Origin: an uncultured Chloroflexia bacterium
Lineage (GTDB): Bacteria > Chloroflexota > UBA6077 > JACCZL01
DNA: 64,000 bases
Assembly (NCBI GenBank): GCA_963765765.1
Contig: CAVXYC010000020.1
Coordinates: 384,001 to 448,000 of the forward strand
Reading direction: 5' to 3'
Made by a program: the position numbers and the translations under genes. Under the pieces are notes generated by a model. It worked only from the letters and a program-made list of their open reading frames with translations, ran no database searches and was not told the DNA's origin. Position 1 is the first letter of the stretch. Each line of letters opens with the position of its first letter. Shown one piece after another: positions 1-10,024 of this stretch.

Positions 1-208
1 AGCCATGGTGGGCGAAACGGCGAGCCGTCTCCCGATAGAACTCGTCCCAGCCGGGCATGTGGTGAATGAGGACAATACCGGGAAACGGCCCCGGTCCTAG
101 CGGACGCGCCACGTAACTCATGACGTAGTCGCCGTTGTAGCCCTTGACCTTCGTCGTCTCGGCGATCTGTCCCTGATAGTCGCCAGTGTTGAAATCATTC
201 CACTGCAT
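1..208 (-). CDS. Dienelactone hydrolase family protein, 5' part (runs off window)
   Basis: Not in the ORF track. Manual translation gives MQWNDFNTGDYQGQIAETTKVKGYNGDYVMSYVARPLGPGPFPGIVLIHHMPGWDEFYRETARRFAHHG; GGAGGG RBS upstream. Confidence 0.85.
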   Translation of the reverse strand, partial: MQWNDFNTGDYQGQIAETTKVKGYNGDYVMSYVARPLGPGPFPGIVLIHHMPGWDEFYRETARRFAHHG

Positions 209-327
209 AGTTTCCCTCCACGCCAGCGTGCCCACTGAAGATGACGGACAATGCCGCGGTCTGTCAAGGCGCAACCAGCCTGAGACCCTGAACAGAGCCG
301 CATCCCGTGAGAGTGCGGCTCTGCAGA

Positions 328-852
328 TCAGGAAGCGTACGCGAGTAGCTCCGCGGACAGCGCGTCAAGCTGCTCATCCAGCTCAGACGGCAACGGATCA
401 TTGGGATATCCGCCCAGCTCCGGATCCGTGGCGTAAATCGCGCGCGCCGCTGAGATACCCGGCCAGACTGGCCACCAAGGGCGCAGTCCATGGTCCACCG
501 CCAGCATGTGCGCTGGCGAGGCTCCCGTGGCGATGAGTCCTACGATTGATCCAGCAAGGGCATCGCGCGGCAGAAGATCGAAGAATGCCTTGAGCTGTCC
601 CGTGTAGCTCGCACGATATATCGGCGTACCTACGACGAGAATTCGCGCGTTTGTGGCCTTTTCCAGGGCGGCAGCCACTTCCTCGTCTTTCGTGCGGTAG
701 AGAAGTCCGTCCGCGGAAAGCTTGGCCAGATCGATGAGCTCGGTTTCCGCGCCGCCCGCCCGTAAGCGATTCAGCAGATCGCTCACCAATGCTCCCGACC
801 GAGACGGCGAGCTTATGCTCCCGGCGAGTCCGATTGCCATCGCCCCGCTCAC
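328..852 (-). CDS. NADPH-dependent FMN reductase (SsuE-like)
   Basis: GSxSxPSRS and GTPIYRASYTGQLK motifs; 4-bp overlap with the LLM monooxygenase. The stretch PWWPVWP looks like a compensated double frameshift of PLVASLA. Confidence 0.88.
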   Translation of the reverse strand: MSGAMAIGLAGSISSPSRSGALVSDLLNRLRAGGAETELIDLAKLSADGLLYRTKDEEVAAALEKATNARILVVGTPIYRASYTGQLKAFFDLLPRDALAGSIVGLIATGASPAHMLAVDHGLRPWWPVWPGISAARAIYATDPELGGYPNDPLPSELDEQLDALSAELLAYAS

Positions 853-1928
853 CCGACGCTCCGGACGGCCGGCTGGCGAAGCCCCATGCGCTCCAGGCGA
901 GGCAGGACTTCCTGTGCGAACATGGGGAACTCGTCGAGATAATTCACGAAATGCAGCACCATTCCATCGAAATTGGCCGCGTGGACCTCAGCCAGACCTT
1001 CCGCGACTTTGTCAGGATCGCCAATCGCGCAGAAGTTGCCCCGCCCGAGAACCCGCTCGGCCAACGGCTTGGCGCCGCTTCCCCGCACTCCGCCAATCGC
1101 TTCATGATCGGCATGCGCCACGCAATAATCGGCAAACTCCTGGGCCTCAGAGGTGCTCGAGCGACAGATGACACCGACTGGCGTCCATACCTGAATGGTT
1201 CGGCCGGCCTCGGCAGCACGGCGTTTGGTGTCCGCGATTCGGTCTCCACTCTTGATACCGTCGAAATGCATGTCTGAAAGCCGAAGTGCGAAGTCACGAC
1301 CAACTTCCGACATACCAGCATTCATCATGAGCGGCGCCCGACCTCCATATGGGAGCGGTCGTCCCTCGATATTTCGAAGTTGGAAATACCGCCCATCGAA
1401 GTCAAATGGCTCATCCCCATTCCAGATTCGACGAACAATGCTCCACCATTCTTCCGCCTGGTCATAGCCAGCGTCGTGCCCCTGGTGCTCCACACCAAAC
1501 ATCCCGAATTCGTCTTCGTTCCAGCCGCACACCAGGTTCACGCCGAACCGACCACGGCCGATGTGGTCTGCCGTGGCCATCTGCTTTGCAGCGAGCACAG
1601 GCGGCACTAAAGGCACATGCACTGTGGAAAAGACGTTGATGTGTCGCGTTGCGGCCAGCAATCCACACGCCCAGGCCGTCGACTCGAAGCTCTCGCCGTT
1701 CGGATTGGTAATCCCGCCGTAGCCCTTCCAGCGAGCAATCGGCACCATCGCTTCAATGCCGGCTTGATCCGCACACTGGGCCAGAGCCAGGTTGTGCTCC
1801 CAGGTGGCATCCCAGCGCTCGGGAATATCGATGTACGTGCGACCGCTGGAGACATTGGCGCCAAAGATCCCGAGCTTGAGTTGGTTGCCGCCAATCAGGC
1901 CGGGATTTCGATCGAACATCTTCATCAT
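849..1928 (-). CDS. LLM-class flavin-dependent monooxygenase (SfnG/RutA-like)
   Basis: LKLGIFGAN, PIARWKGYGG, STVH and GRFGVNLVCGWN motifs. Confidence 0.9.
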   Translation of the reverse strand: MMKMFDRNPGLIGGNQLKLGIFGANVSSGRTYIDIPERWDATWEHNLALAQCADQAGIEAMVPIARWKGYGGITNPNGESFESTAWACGLLAATRHINVFSTVHVPLVPPVLAAKQMATADHIGRGRFGVNLVCGWNEDEFGMFGVEHQGHDAGYDQAEEWWSIVRRIWNGDEPFDFDGRYFQLRNIEGRPLPYGGRAPLMMNAGMSEVGRDFALRLSDMHFDGIKSGDRIADTKRRAAEAGRTIQVWTPVGVICRSSTSEAQEFADYCVAHADHEAIGGVRGSGAKPLAERVLGRGNFCAIGDPDKVAEGLAEVHAANFDGMVLHFVNYLDEFPMFAQEVLPRLERMGLRQPAVRSVG

Positions 1929-1936
1929 CTGGGCAC

Positions 1937-2028
1937 GCTCCTCGCCCCTGGAAGAGGGTTAGGGTGAGGGAGCACGATGTCCACCACCGCGAAACCCTCA
2001 CCCTAGCCCTCTCTCACGGGCGAGGAGC
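1937..2028. repeat. REP-like inverted repeat, CCCTCACCCTAxCCCTCTC family
   Basis: gctcctcgccc..gagggttagggtgaggg pairs with ccctcaccctagccctc..gggcgaggagc; related copy at 26914-26994. Confidence 0.85.
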
Positions 2029-2033
2029 CGGTG

Positions 2034-2657
2034 CTACCGCAGCGGCGAGAACGCCGCCGGCACCATATGCCGCACAAGCTGCACCATGGGCCGGGCCTCA
2101 CTGTGCGGTGGCCAGAGGTGCTTCTCTCGCAGCTCGGTGCGGACTTCGTCGCGATGATCCCAGTTCTTGTAAGGGAACAGCTGGTAGAGACGATTCAGAT
2201 TGCCGAGCTCGCTGGTCCAGATGCCGCCCACAGGGTACACATCGTTTCGAGCTGGATATGCCGCGGCAAAGGTCTCAGCCACACTCGTCGTTGCGCCGGA
2301 CCCGTAGGTGTACATCCGCAGCTCATACAGACCACCCAGCTCGTTCACACCCGTGTGATGGTGCATGCCCTTGATTGGCGTGATGATGTCTGACTCCTGC
2401 GAGATGAGCAGGTCGTTTGTGTCGGGCGGCCACTTCCCGCTGGGATCCTTCGACGCGGCGACACGCGTGTCGGCACGTTGCTGCAGCGTGTCATAGCCCC
2501 AGATGTGGACGATCTGATTCAACGGCCCAATCTCTGTGTGCCACATACCGTAAAGCTGCGAGTACTTGAGGCGCGTCTCCAACGCCTCGCCAAAGCGCTT
2601 CTCATACTCCGGCACGTTGCCCGGCTTCAGGGTGTAGGTTCGAATCTCGTAGATCAT
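2034..2657 (-). CDS. NIPSNAP family protein (two domains)
   Basis: Two YE(I/L)RxYT repeats with WxxE(I/L)GxLN. Confidence 0.9.
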   Translation of the reverse strand: MIYEIRTYTLKPGNVPEYEKRFGEALETRLKYSQLYGMWHTEIGPLNQIVHIWGYDTLQQRADTRVAASKDPSGKWPPDTNDLLISQESDIITPIKGMHHHTGVNELGGLYELRMYTYGSGATTSVAETFAAAYPARNDVYPVGGIWTSELGNLNRLYQLFPYKNWDHRDEVRTELREKHLWPPHSEARPMVQLVRHMVPAAFSPLR

Positions 2658-2763
2658 AAATCTCCCCTTTGAGCGTGTCAGAGCATTGTAGAACAGGGGT
2701 CAGGGGTTTGGGCGTTAGGGAAGAGTGAACGGCGGCTCTCGGTCACGTGGGTCCACTCATCAC

Positions 2764-3858
2764 TCAGTCAAAGACTACGACCCCTCGGGCCACCTGGCCG
2801 CTTCTCAGAGCGTCGAAGCCTTCGTTGATTTCGTCCAGGCTGTAGGTTCGACTAATGAGGGCGTCCAGCTCCAGCTTGCCGTCAAGGTAAAGATCGACCA
2901 GGATGGGGAAATCCAGGTTTGGCCGCACCGATCCGTACATCGTGCCCTTGAGAGTCTTCTCCAGGAGAGCCATGGAGTAGGGCTGCACTGGCGCGCGAAC
3001 GCTCATTGCGGCCATCCCGACGATGACGGCTGTACCGCCAGGGCGGATGGAGTCGAGAATTTGAATCGTCGTAGCTTCGCCGCCGATAGCGTCGAATGCG
3101 TAGTCAACGCCCCGTCCGCCCGTCAGGGCACGGACTTCTTTAACCACCTCATCACGCGAAGCGTTCAACGTGTGGGTGGCGCCGAACTCCTTGGCGTACT
3201 CCAATTTGTTATCCAGGAGATCGCAAGCAATGATCGTCCGCGCACCGGCAAGTCGGGCGCCCTGAACAACATTCAGACCCACCCCGCCACAGCCCACAAC
3301 GAACACGGATGATCCAGCCGGCACCTGCGCGCATCGTGTAACCGCGCCCACACCGGTTGGCACAGAGCAGCCTGTCAGCGCTGCCTGTGGAAAGGGCATC
3401 TCCTTGCGGATCGGCACCAGCATCTCCGCCGGGCAAACGACCTGCTCGGAGAACGTGCCAATGCGCGCCATCTGAAAGATCTCCTGGTCGCCCCGTCGCA
3501 GTCGCGTCGTTCCGTCGAGCATGCCCCAGCGGGGCGAGGTGTGCCCATCACAGAGAATTGACCGTCCCGTCGAGCAGTACAGGCAATGACCACATTGCGG
3601 GCGAAACGAAAAGATGACGTGATCGCCAACCGAGATGCCCGCAACATCAGGACCAACCTCTTCAACGATGCCGGCGGCTTCATGTCCCAGCACCATGGGC
3701 AAAGGCACTGTCCAGTCGCCATTCATGATGTGCCAATCGCTGTGGCACACTCCGGCCGCCTTCACACGCACTCGCGCTTCACCGGCCTTCGGCCCCTGCT
3801 GCTCGAGCTCGATGATCTCAAGAGGCGCGTTGGCCTCGTACAGAACGGCGGCTTTCAT
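2764..3858 (-). CDS. Zn-dependent alcohol dehydrogenase (class III-like)
   Basis: CHSD, GHE, CxxCxxC...C and GCGGVG motifs; start moved to MKAAVL after an AGGAGG RBS. Confidence 0.93.
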   Translation of the reverse strand: MKAAVLYEANAPLEIIELEQQGPKAGEARVRVKAAGVCHSDWHIMNGDWTVPLPMVLGHEAAGIVEEVGPDVAGISVGDHVIFSFRPQCGHCLYCSTGRSILCDGHTSPRWGMLDGTTRLRRGDQEIFQMARIGTFSEQVVCPAEMLVPIRKEMPFPQAALTGCSVPTGVGAVTRCAQVPAGSSVFVVGCGGVGLNVVQGARLAGARTIIACDLLDNKLEYAKEFGATHTLNASRDEVVKEVRALTGGRGVDYAFDAIGGEATTIQILDSIRPGGTAVIVGMAAMSVRAPVQPYSMALLEKTLKGTMYGSVRPNLDFPILVDLYLDGKLELDALISRTYSLDEINEGFDALRSGQVARGVVVFD

Positions 3859-4007
3859 GGTTACGGCCTCCTGTGTTGATGAGTGAGCGCATTGTCCACT
3901 GGGCTGGTCGATCTTAGCGCGATTCACACAAGATAGGCAGGCAAGGGCTGGCACCACCAGCCATCGATACATTCATCAAAGAGCATCGCGCTTTCAGGAG
4001 ACACCAC

Positions 4008-4412
4008 ATGCTGCGAGGATTCGCCACGATCAATCTATTCGCCGCCGACCACGAGGCCGCAAAGGCCTGGTACACGGAGTTTCTAGGCGTCGAGCCCTAT
4101 TTTCAGAGGCCCGGGTACGTCGAGTTTCGGATTGGCGACTATCAACATGAGCTCGGAATCATCGACAGCAAATACGCCCCACAGCTCAACTTCAAGGCCG
4201 GCCCCGCTGGGGCCATCACGTATTGGCACGTTGACGATCTGCAGGCGACGCTCGAGCGGCTTATCTCACTGGGCGCCAAAGAGCTCGAAGGGATCAAGGA
4301 ACGAGGCGAGGGATTCGTGACCGCGTCAGTTGTTGATCCGTTCGGGAACATTCTGGGCATCATGTACAACAAGCACTATTTGGAAGTGGTAAGTAGGCAG
4401 GGATCCGCCTGA
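4008..4412 (+). CDS. VOC/glyoxalase family protein
   Basis: AKAWY..LG, YWHVDD and VDPFGN motifs; AGGAG RBS. Confidence 0.9.
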   Translation: MLRGFATINLFAADHEAAKAWYTEFLGVEPYFQRPGYVEFRIGDYQHELGIIDSKYAPQLNFKAGPAGAITYWHVDDLQATLERLISLGAKELEGIKERGEGFVTASVVDPFGNILGIMYNKHYLEVVSRQGSA

Positions 4413-4490
4413 GCTGACGACCTGGCGATGGGTCTTCTGGGCTGCTCGCCACGGCCCTGGGCCGGAGACTCCCCCATCATCAGGACTCCT

Positions 4491-4577
4491 TGTCATCCTG
4501 GAGCGCAGCGAAGGATCTAGCCCGCCGGTGCTCAGGACTCCGGTGGGGAAGATCCTTCGCTGCGCTCCAGGATGACA
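4491..4577. repeat. REP-like 28-bp perfect inverted repeat
   Basis: tgtcatcctggagcgcagcgaaggatct (4491-4518) pairs with agatccttcgctgcgctccaggatgaca (4550-4577). Confidence 0.92.
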
Positions 4578-4719
4578 GGGAGCCAGCTATTAGATGCGTT
4601 GGCTCTCTTGTTAGATTCCTAACCAGCCCGCCCAGCGCTAGTGCAGCGCCGACTGCACCGCATCGTACGTGTACCGAGGCGCGTAGTCGGGGTTCAGCGA
4701 CGAGGCTCTGATTTGCCGC

Positions 4720-5046
4720 TCCGCCGGCGGAATTCGGTCCGCCGTCCAGACGGAGCACTCACCCAAGGCCTCCCTTGCTTGCAGCACCCACAACATTGTC
4801 GAGGTGGTTCGGCTCGTCCCGCTCCCAGGGGAAGCGGCCTCGGGACTGATCGATCGACTTCCATTCCAGCGTGTGGCGCATATACCCACAGCCCGCGGCG
4901 CGGGCCTGTTCAACGCTCCAGGAGCTAATCCCTGAAACGCTCACCCCAACAGCCAGGTCCTGACGCACGCCCTGGGCGAACGAGGATTGAGGCGAAAGAC
5001 AGAGCAGCAGAACGATAAGCGCACTAATCCGCGGGAAATGACGCAA
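4720..5046 (-). pseudogene. Truncated secreted glycoside-hydrolase-like (clan GH-A) N-terminal fragment
   Basis: Signal peptide, then AGCGYMRHTLEWKSIDQSRGRFPW...LDNVVGAASKGGLG*VLRLDGGP; in-frame TGA at 4759-4761 and no recognisable continuation. Confidence 0.55.
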
Positions 5047-5107
5047 ATGGATACATCAAATATGCGCAATCATCGATCGGAAGGCCGCACCGTTGATTAT
5101 CAGGCGG

Positions 5108-5761
5108 CTATGCCGCGAGTCGTCGTTTTCGGTACCAAACGGCGGCGCGGACCCCCAGAAGGATTGCTAGCACCAGCGCGTACGTGAACGGTTGCGACAC
5201 GTCGATCTTCACGCGCCAGATGAAATGAATGACTGCCAGGATACCCGCAATATAGGCCAGTCGGTGAAGTAGCTGCCAGCGCTTAAAGCCCAGCTTCCGA
5301 ACCCACGCCGTCGTCGATGTGATTGCCAGCGGGATCATCAGCACGAGCGCCAGCATGCCAACAGTAATGAACGGCCGCTGAATGATGTCCTCAACGATGA
5401 CACGCCAATCGAACACCTGGTCCAACACCATGTACGTGAAGAAGTGAACCAGCGCATAGAAGAACGCAAACAACCCAAGCTCACGGCGCACTGCAATCTG
5501 CCAGGTCCACCCGAAGATGTAGCGCGCCGGAGTGCAGGCTAGCGAAGCCATGAGAAAGATCAACGCGGTGAGTCCAGTCTCATTCTCAACCAGCGCGATT
5601 GGATCTGCTCCGAGCTGTCCCTGTGATCCGCGCACGATCAGCGAGACAAGTGGCATGAGAGCGCCCAGGAAAATGCCAGGTTTCAGCCAGGGACGTGCCT
5701 CACGACGCGACGGCGTTCGCTTCCGCGAGGCCGCCTCGGATGGAGCTGCTTCGCTTGCCAT
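5108..5761 (-). CDS. msrQ: Methionine sulfoxide reductase heme-binding subunit MsrQ
   Basis: RRELGLFAFFYALVH and WQLLHRLAY...H heme ligands; downstream of msrP. Confidence 0.93.
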   Translation of the reverse strand: MASEAAPSEAASRKRTPSRREARPWLKPGIFLGALMPLVSLIVRGSQGQLGADPIALVENETGLTALIFLMASLACTPARYIFGWTWQIAVRRELGLFAFFYALVHFFTYMVLDQVFDWRVIVEDIIQRPFITVGMLALVLMIPLAITSTTAWVRKLGFKRWQLLHRLAYIAGILAVIHFIWRVKIDVSQPFTYALVLAILLGVRAAVWYRKRRLAA

Positions 5762-5762
5762 C

Positions 5763-6751
5763 CTAGAAGTAGGTCCGTAGATCCATACCGGCGTAGAGCC
5801 CAGCCACCTGCTCACCGTAGCCATTGAACGGAAGCGTTGGCCGACGACCGAAGTCGCCAATGCGTCGCTCGCTGGCCTGACTCCAGCGTGGATGGTTCAC
5901 TTCAGGATTCACGTTGGCGTAAAATCCGTACTCCCGAGGCGCCGCGATGGCCCACGTATTCTCCGGCCGTTTCTCAGTGAAGCGAATCTTCACGATCGAC
6001 TTCACGCCCTTGAAGCCGTACTTCCACGGCACAACCAGTCGCAAAGGTGCGCCACTCTGGTTTGGCAGCATCTCCCCATACAGGCCCGTGGCGAGGATAG
6101 TGAGGGGATGCATGGCCTCATCCATCCGAAGACCTTCCACGTATGGCCACTTCAGAACTCGTGAGCGCTGACCCGGCATCTGCTCGGGATCCTGTAGCGT
6201 GACCATCTCCACGTATTTCGCGTTTCCCGTGGGCTCTACGCGGCGGATTAGATCACCGAGCGGGAAGCCCATCCAGGGGATGACCATTGACCAGGCCTCT
6301 ACGCAGCGCATGCGATAGATCCGCTGCTCCTGGGGAAACCAGCTTAGAAGCGTATCGATATCGATCGTCTGCGGCCTTGCCACCTCGCCTTCGATCTCGA
6401 CCGTCCACGGACGAGGTCGAAGCGTGTGGGCGTTACGCGCAGGATCGTCTTTATCGAGACCGAATTCGTAGAAGTTGTTGTAGGTAATCACGTCCTTCTG
6501 CAATGTGAGCGGCTCGTCCGTGTCAAATGAGGATCGTCGCCACGGGCTTCGGCACGTCAGCCCCGGGCAACGCTGCCACCTCTGGTAGATCGGGCGGAGG
6601 TCCCATCCCCACAAGCAAGGACAAGCCTCCGCTCACCACGGCCGCGGTACCCAGCGTGAGCGCGCCGTTCTTGATGATCTCGCGACGGTTGACGTAGAGC
6701 GCCTTTGGCGTGATCTCGCTGCTGGGTGGCTCAAGAGGTGAAATTCTTCAT
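5763..6751 (-). CDS. msrP: Methionine sulfoxide reductase catalytic subunit MsrP (two apparent frameshifts in 5' part)
   Basis: [20 protein letters not shown] and PWKYGFK motifs; [14 protein letters not shown] Tat-type N-terminus in another frame near 6680-6730. Confidence 0.92.
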
Positions 6752-6871
6752 GTCGCGTATCATCGCACTACTCAGCCAACAATTCGAAAAAAGCTTACGT
6801 GACCTGGTGGCAATATCCGCACGTGCCGCTCGGCCTCCGTACCAGGAGCTCCGATTCACGGGACTCGCCTC

Positions 6872-6894
6872 GTAGTGCGGAAATTATTCCGCAC
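6872..6894 (+). repeat. GTAG-type REP-like palindrome
   Basis: GTAG followed by tgcggaa-atta-ttccgca hairpin. Confidence 0.5.
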
Positions 6895-6942
6895 GACAAG
6901 CATTGGCACGCTCAGATGGCGAACGTAATGATGAACGCGCTG

Positions 6943-8434
6943 CTAACCGAGCGCCCAGTCCCTGGACCGCGCCACCGCGCGCAGCCAGCCAGCATAGAGC
7001 GCCTCTCGCTCGTCCTCGGACGCCTTGGGCTCATACGTCTTCTGGCTCGCCCATTGGGTAGGTAACTCTGCTTGAGATTCCCAGAGTCCCACGCCCAATC
7101 CTGCCAGACAGGCAGCTCCAAGTGCGGTCGTTTCCTGCATGCCGCTAACCTGTATGGGGACGCCGAGTATGTCCGCCTGAAACTGCATCATGAATCCGTT
7201 GGCAGTACCGCCCCCATCAACGCGGAGTGTACGGATAGACTGGCCCGCCTGGCTCATCGCGCCAATGAGATCGCGCGTTTGATAGGCGATGCTCTCCAGT
7301 GTCGCCCGAGCGATGTGCTGGCGCGACGTGCCGCCGGTGAGCCCGATCATAAGGCCACGCGCATACATGTCCCAATACGGTGCACCCAGGCCAACGAATG
7401 CTGGAACGAAATAGACCCCACCGTTGTCCGTAACGGAGCGCGCCAGCGCCTCGGATTCTGCCGCGGTACGAATGATGGCCAGGCCGTCACGAAGCCACTG
7501 CACGGCGGCACCTGCCGTGAAGACGCTGCCCTCGAGCGCGTAGGTACGGTGATCGCCGACGTTACACGCGATCGTAGTAAGCAGGCCTCCGTCCGATCGA
7601 CGCGACTCAGAACCGATGTTGGCAAGCAAAAAGCATCCGGTGCCGTAGGTATTCTTCGCCTCACCGGCCTGGAAGCACGCATGACCAAAGAGGGCTGCCT
7701 GCTGATCACCGGCCATACCACTGATCGGTATCGGAGCACCGAACATTTCGGGCTCAGTCTCACCGTAAGTCTCAGCGCTCGAAACAATCCGAGGCAGCAT
7801 GGACGGCGGCACATTGAGAATGTTCAGCAGATCTGAATCCCATTCAGCAGTAGATAGATTCAGGAGCAGCGTGCGGGAGGCATTGGTCACGTCGGTGACG
7901 TGTGCTCGTCCGCCGGTCAGCTTCCAAACAAGCCACGTCTCGATGGTGCCGAAAAGGAGCTCGCCCGATTCGGCACGCTCCTGCGCCCCATCAACTCTAT
8001 CGAGGATCCAGCGAATCTTCGTGCCGGAGAAATAGGCGTCGAGGACGTAGTCCGGTGCGCTCACGAAAGAGCGGCTCTAGTCCATCCGTGCGTAGTCGGT
8101 CGCAAATCTCCGATGAGACCCGACTCTGCCACACTACGGCGGGGTAGATTGGCCGCCCGGTGGCTCGTTCCCAAACTACGGTGGTCTCGCGCTGATTGGC
8201 AATGCCGATAGCCGCGACATCCTCCGCTCTTGCTCCCGACAGCTCCAGCGCCATACGACCGACTGAGACAGTTGTGTTGAATATCTCCAGCGGATCGTGC
8301 TCAACCCAGCCCGGCTCGGGGAAATGTTGCCTGATCTCGCGATCGGCCGTAGCAATGACCCAGCCGCCAGCGTCGAACACGAGCGCCGCGGAGCCGGTTG
8401 TACCTTGATCAAACGCAAGGATGAAGCGCTGAAT
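6943..8434 (-). CDS. glpK: Glycerol kinase (frameshift near 8050)
   Basis: DQGTTGS, NQRETT, YFSGTK, GDQQAAL and KNTYGTG motifs spread over two frames; start codon uncertain. Confidence 0.93.
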
Positions 8435-8463
8435 GAGAACACCTCAGCGGCGTGGGGAGCGGA

Positions 8464-8510
8464 TACGCCCGCGGGATTTCGAAGCCTCGACCGACGGTTA
8501 GAAGCCCGTT
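8464..8510 (-). pseudogene. Degenerate tRNA-Arg(TCT) 3' fragment (att-like, fragment A)
   Basis: Minus strand AACGGGCTTCTAACCGTCGGTCGAGGCTTCGAAATCCCGCGGGCGTA aligns with the 3' part of the tRNA at 23275-23347. Confidence 0.7.
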
Positions 8511-8860
8511 GGGAAAGTCATCCAAAGAGTAGCATAGCCGTCCATTTAAGACGGCCCATGGCCACGGCTAATGTCGTTCACTCGGGCTTGCTACAGCAGC
8601 ACTTGGTACGTCGATGTGCCCGGTGCAGCCCTCGACATCATCGTGTGCGTGGCTTAGTGGCCGAGAGGCTGGCAGTGAAGGCGCTGTAGGCGGGTCGGCG
8701 ACAGAGGACATGGCCGGAGTATGCCAACTGACATTGGGCACGGGGCGAGCTCTTGCTACGCTGGTGGGGCCGGCCATGCTGCGCCGATGCGGGCGCTCGG
8801 ACTAGAACAGCATTGTCTGGGCCAGTGCGGAATTTTGCTAGGGTGAGGCGAGAATACGAC

Positions 8861-9796
8861 GTGCGCGTGACGTTCTACGGCGTCCGTGGCTCGGTGCCGA
8901 CTCCCGGACCGTCGACCGTGCGGTATGGCGGAAACACTTCCTGCGTCGAGGTGCGCCTGGCTGACGGCTCGCTCATCGTCTTGGATGGCGGGACCGGCAT
9001 TCGCGAGCTCGGCAAGAAGCTCATTCAAGATTGCTTCACCGATCGAATCCATCTACTGGTCACGCACCCGCACCTGGATCACATCATTGGGCTGCCTTTC
9101 TTCGGGCCGATCTATCGCAAGGAGACCCACGTCGTGCTCTACCCGTTCGGAAGCCGCCGGGCCGACCGATGGAGCCGGCCCATCGTCTTCGACGGCGAGC
9201 ATTTCCCCGTCCAGTTCGCCGAGCTCCCTTTGCGGCTCGAATATGTGCACTCAGACGGAGATGAAGTCCGCATCGGCTCGGCGAGTGTCCGCCGCATCCG
9301 GCTGAATCACCCCGGCGGCTCGAACGGCTTCCGTATCGACGACGAGGATGGCGCATCGCTGTGTTACATGACGGACAACGAGCTTGACTCGCCGGGCATG
9401 GTAAACGCGTCGCCCACGGACCTGGCGCGGTTCGCCCTCGGAACGGATCTACTCATCCACGATGCGCAATTCCTCCCCTCGGACCTTCCAGCCAAGAAAG
9501 GGTGGGGCCACTCGCTGGTCGGAGAAGCCCTCGAGCTAGGCCGCGATACCGAAGCCCGCGGGGTTGCTGTCTTCCATCATGACCCCGAGCGCGACGATGA
9601 TGCGATGGACCGAATCGGCGTCGATGCCGCCCGCTGGGCGCGGGCACACGCGCCCGCGATGCAGACGTTCGTCGCGCGCGAAGGGCTCACGCTCGAGGTT
9701 TCGTCTCGGGGAGCGACTATTCACCATCGCGTCGCCCGAAGCGTTGTCCGGCAGCGAGACTCAGAACGTGGCGCCCTCGGTCAACGTCCAGCTTGA
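8861..9796 (+). CDS. MBL-fold metallo-hydrolase
   Basis: FYGVRGS.P, YGGNTSCVE, THPHLDH, WGHS and FHHDP motifs. Confidence 0.9.
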   Translation: MRVTFYGVRGSVPTPGPSTVRYGGNTSCVEVRLADGSLIVLDGGTGIRELGKKLIQDCFTDRIHLLVTHPHLDHIIGLPFFGPIYRKETHVVLYPFGSRRADRWSRPIVFDGEHFPVQFAELPLRLEYVHSDGDEVRIGSASVRRIRLNHPGGSNGFRIDDEDGASLCYMTDNELDSPGMVNASPTDLARFALGTDLLIHDAQFLPSDLPAKKGWGHSLVGEALELGRDTEARGVAVFHHDPERDDDAMDRIGVDAARWARAHAPAMQTFVAREGLTLEVSSRGATIHHRVARSVVRQRDSERGALGQRPA

Positions 9797-9902
9797 ATCA
9801 CAGGTGCTCACTCGAAATAACACTTGCACACCGAGTGCCGAGGCGACAACCCCACCAACCGTGAAAACGACGGGTGCCGAACTCAGATTCAGTCGTTTTC
9901 GC

Positions 9903-9946
9903 GGTACGCCCCGGTGGATTCGAACCCCCGACCAACGAGGTAGAAG
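9903..9946 (-). pseudogene. tRNA-Arg(TCT) 3' half starting at the anticodon loop (att-like, fragment B)
   Basis: Minus strand CTTCTAC CTCGT TGGTC GGGGG TTCGAAT CCACC GGGGCGT ACC; no D arm or 5' acceptor strand. Confidence 0.8.
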
Positions 9947-10024
9947 TCCGATGGATAGCTGTCCATAGTCGTCCAGAACAATGCGCTGCTACTCGAAAGC
10001 AGTCGTTACGAACGCTTTAGGTCC

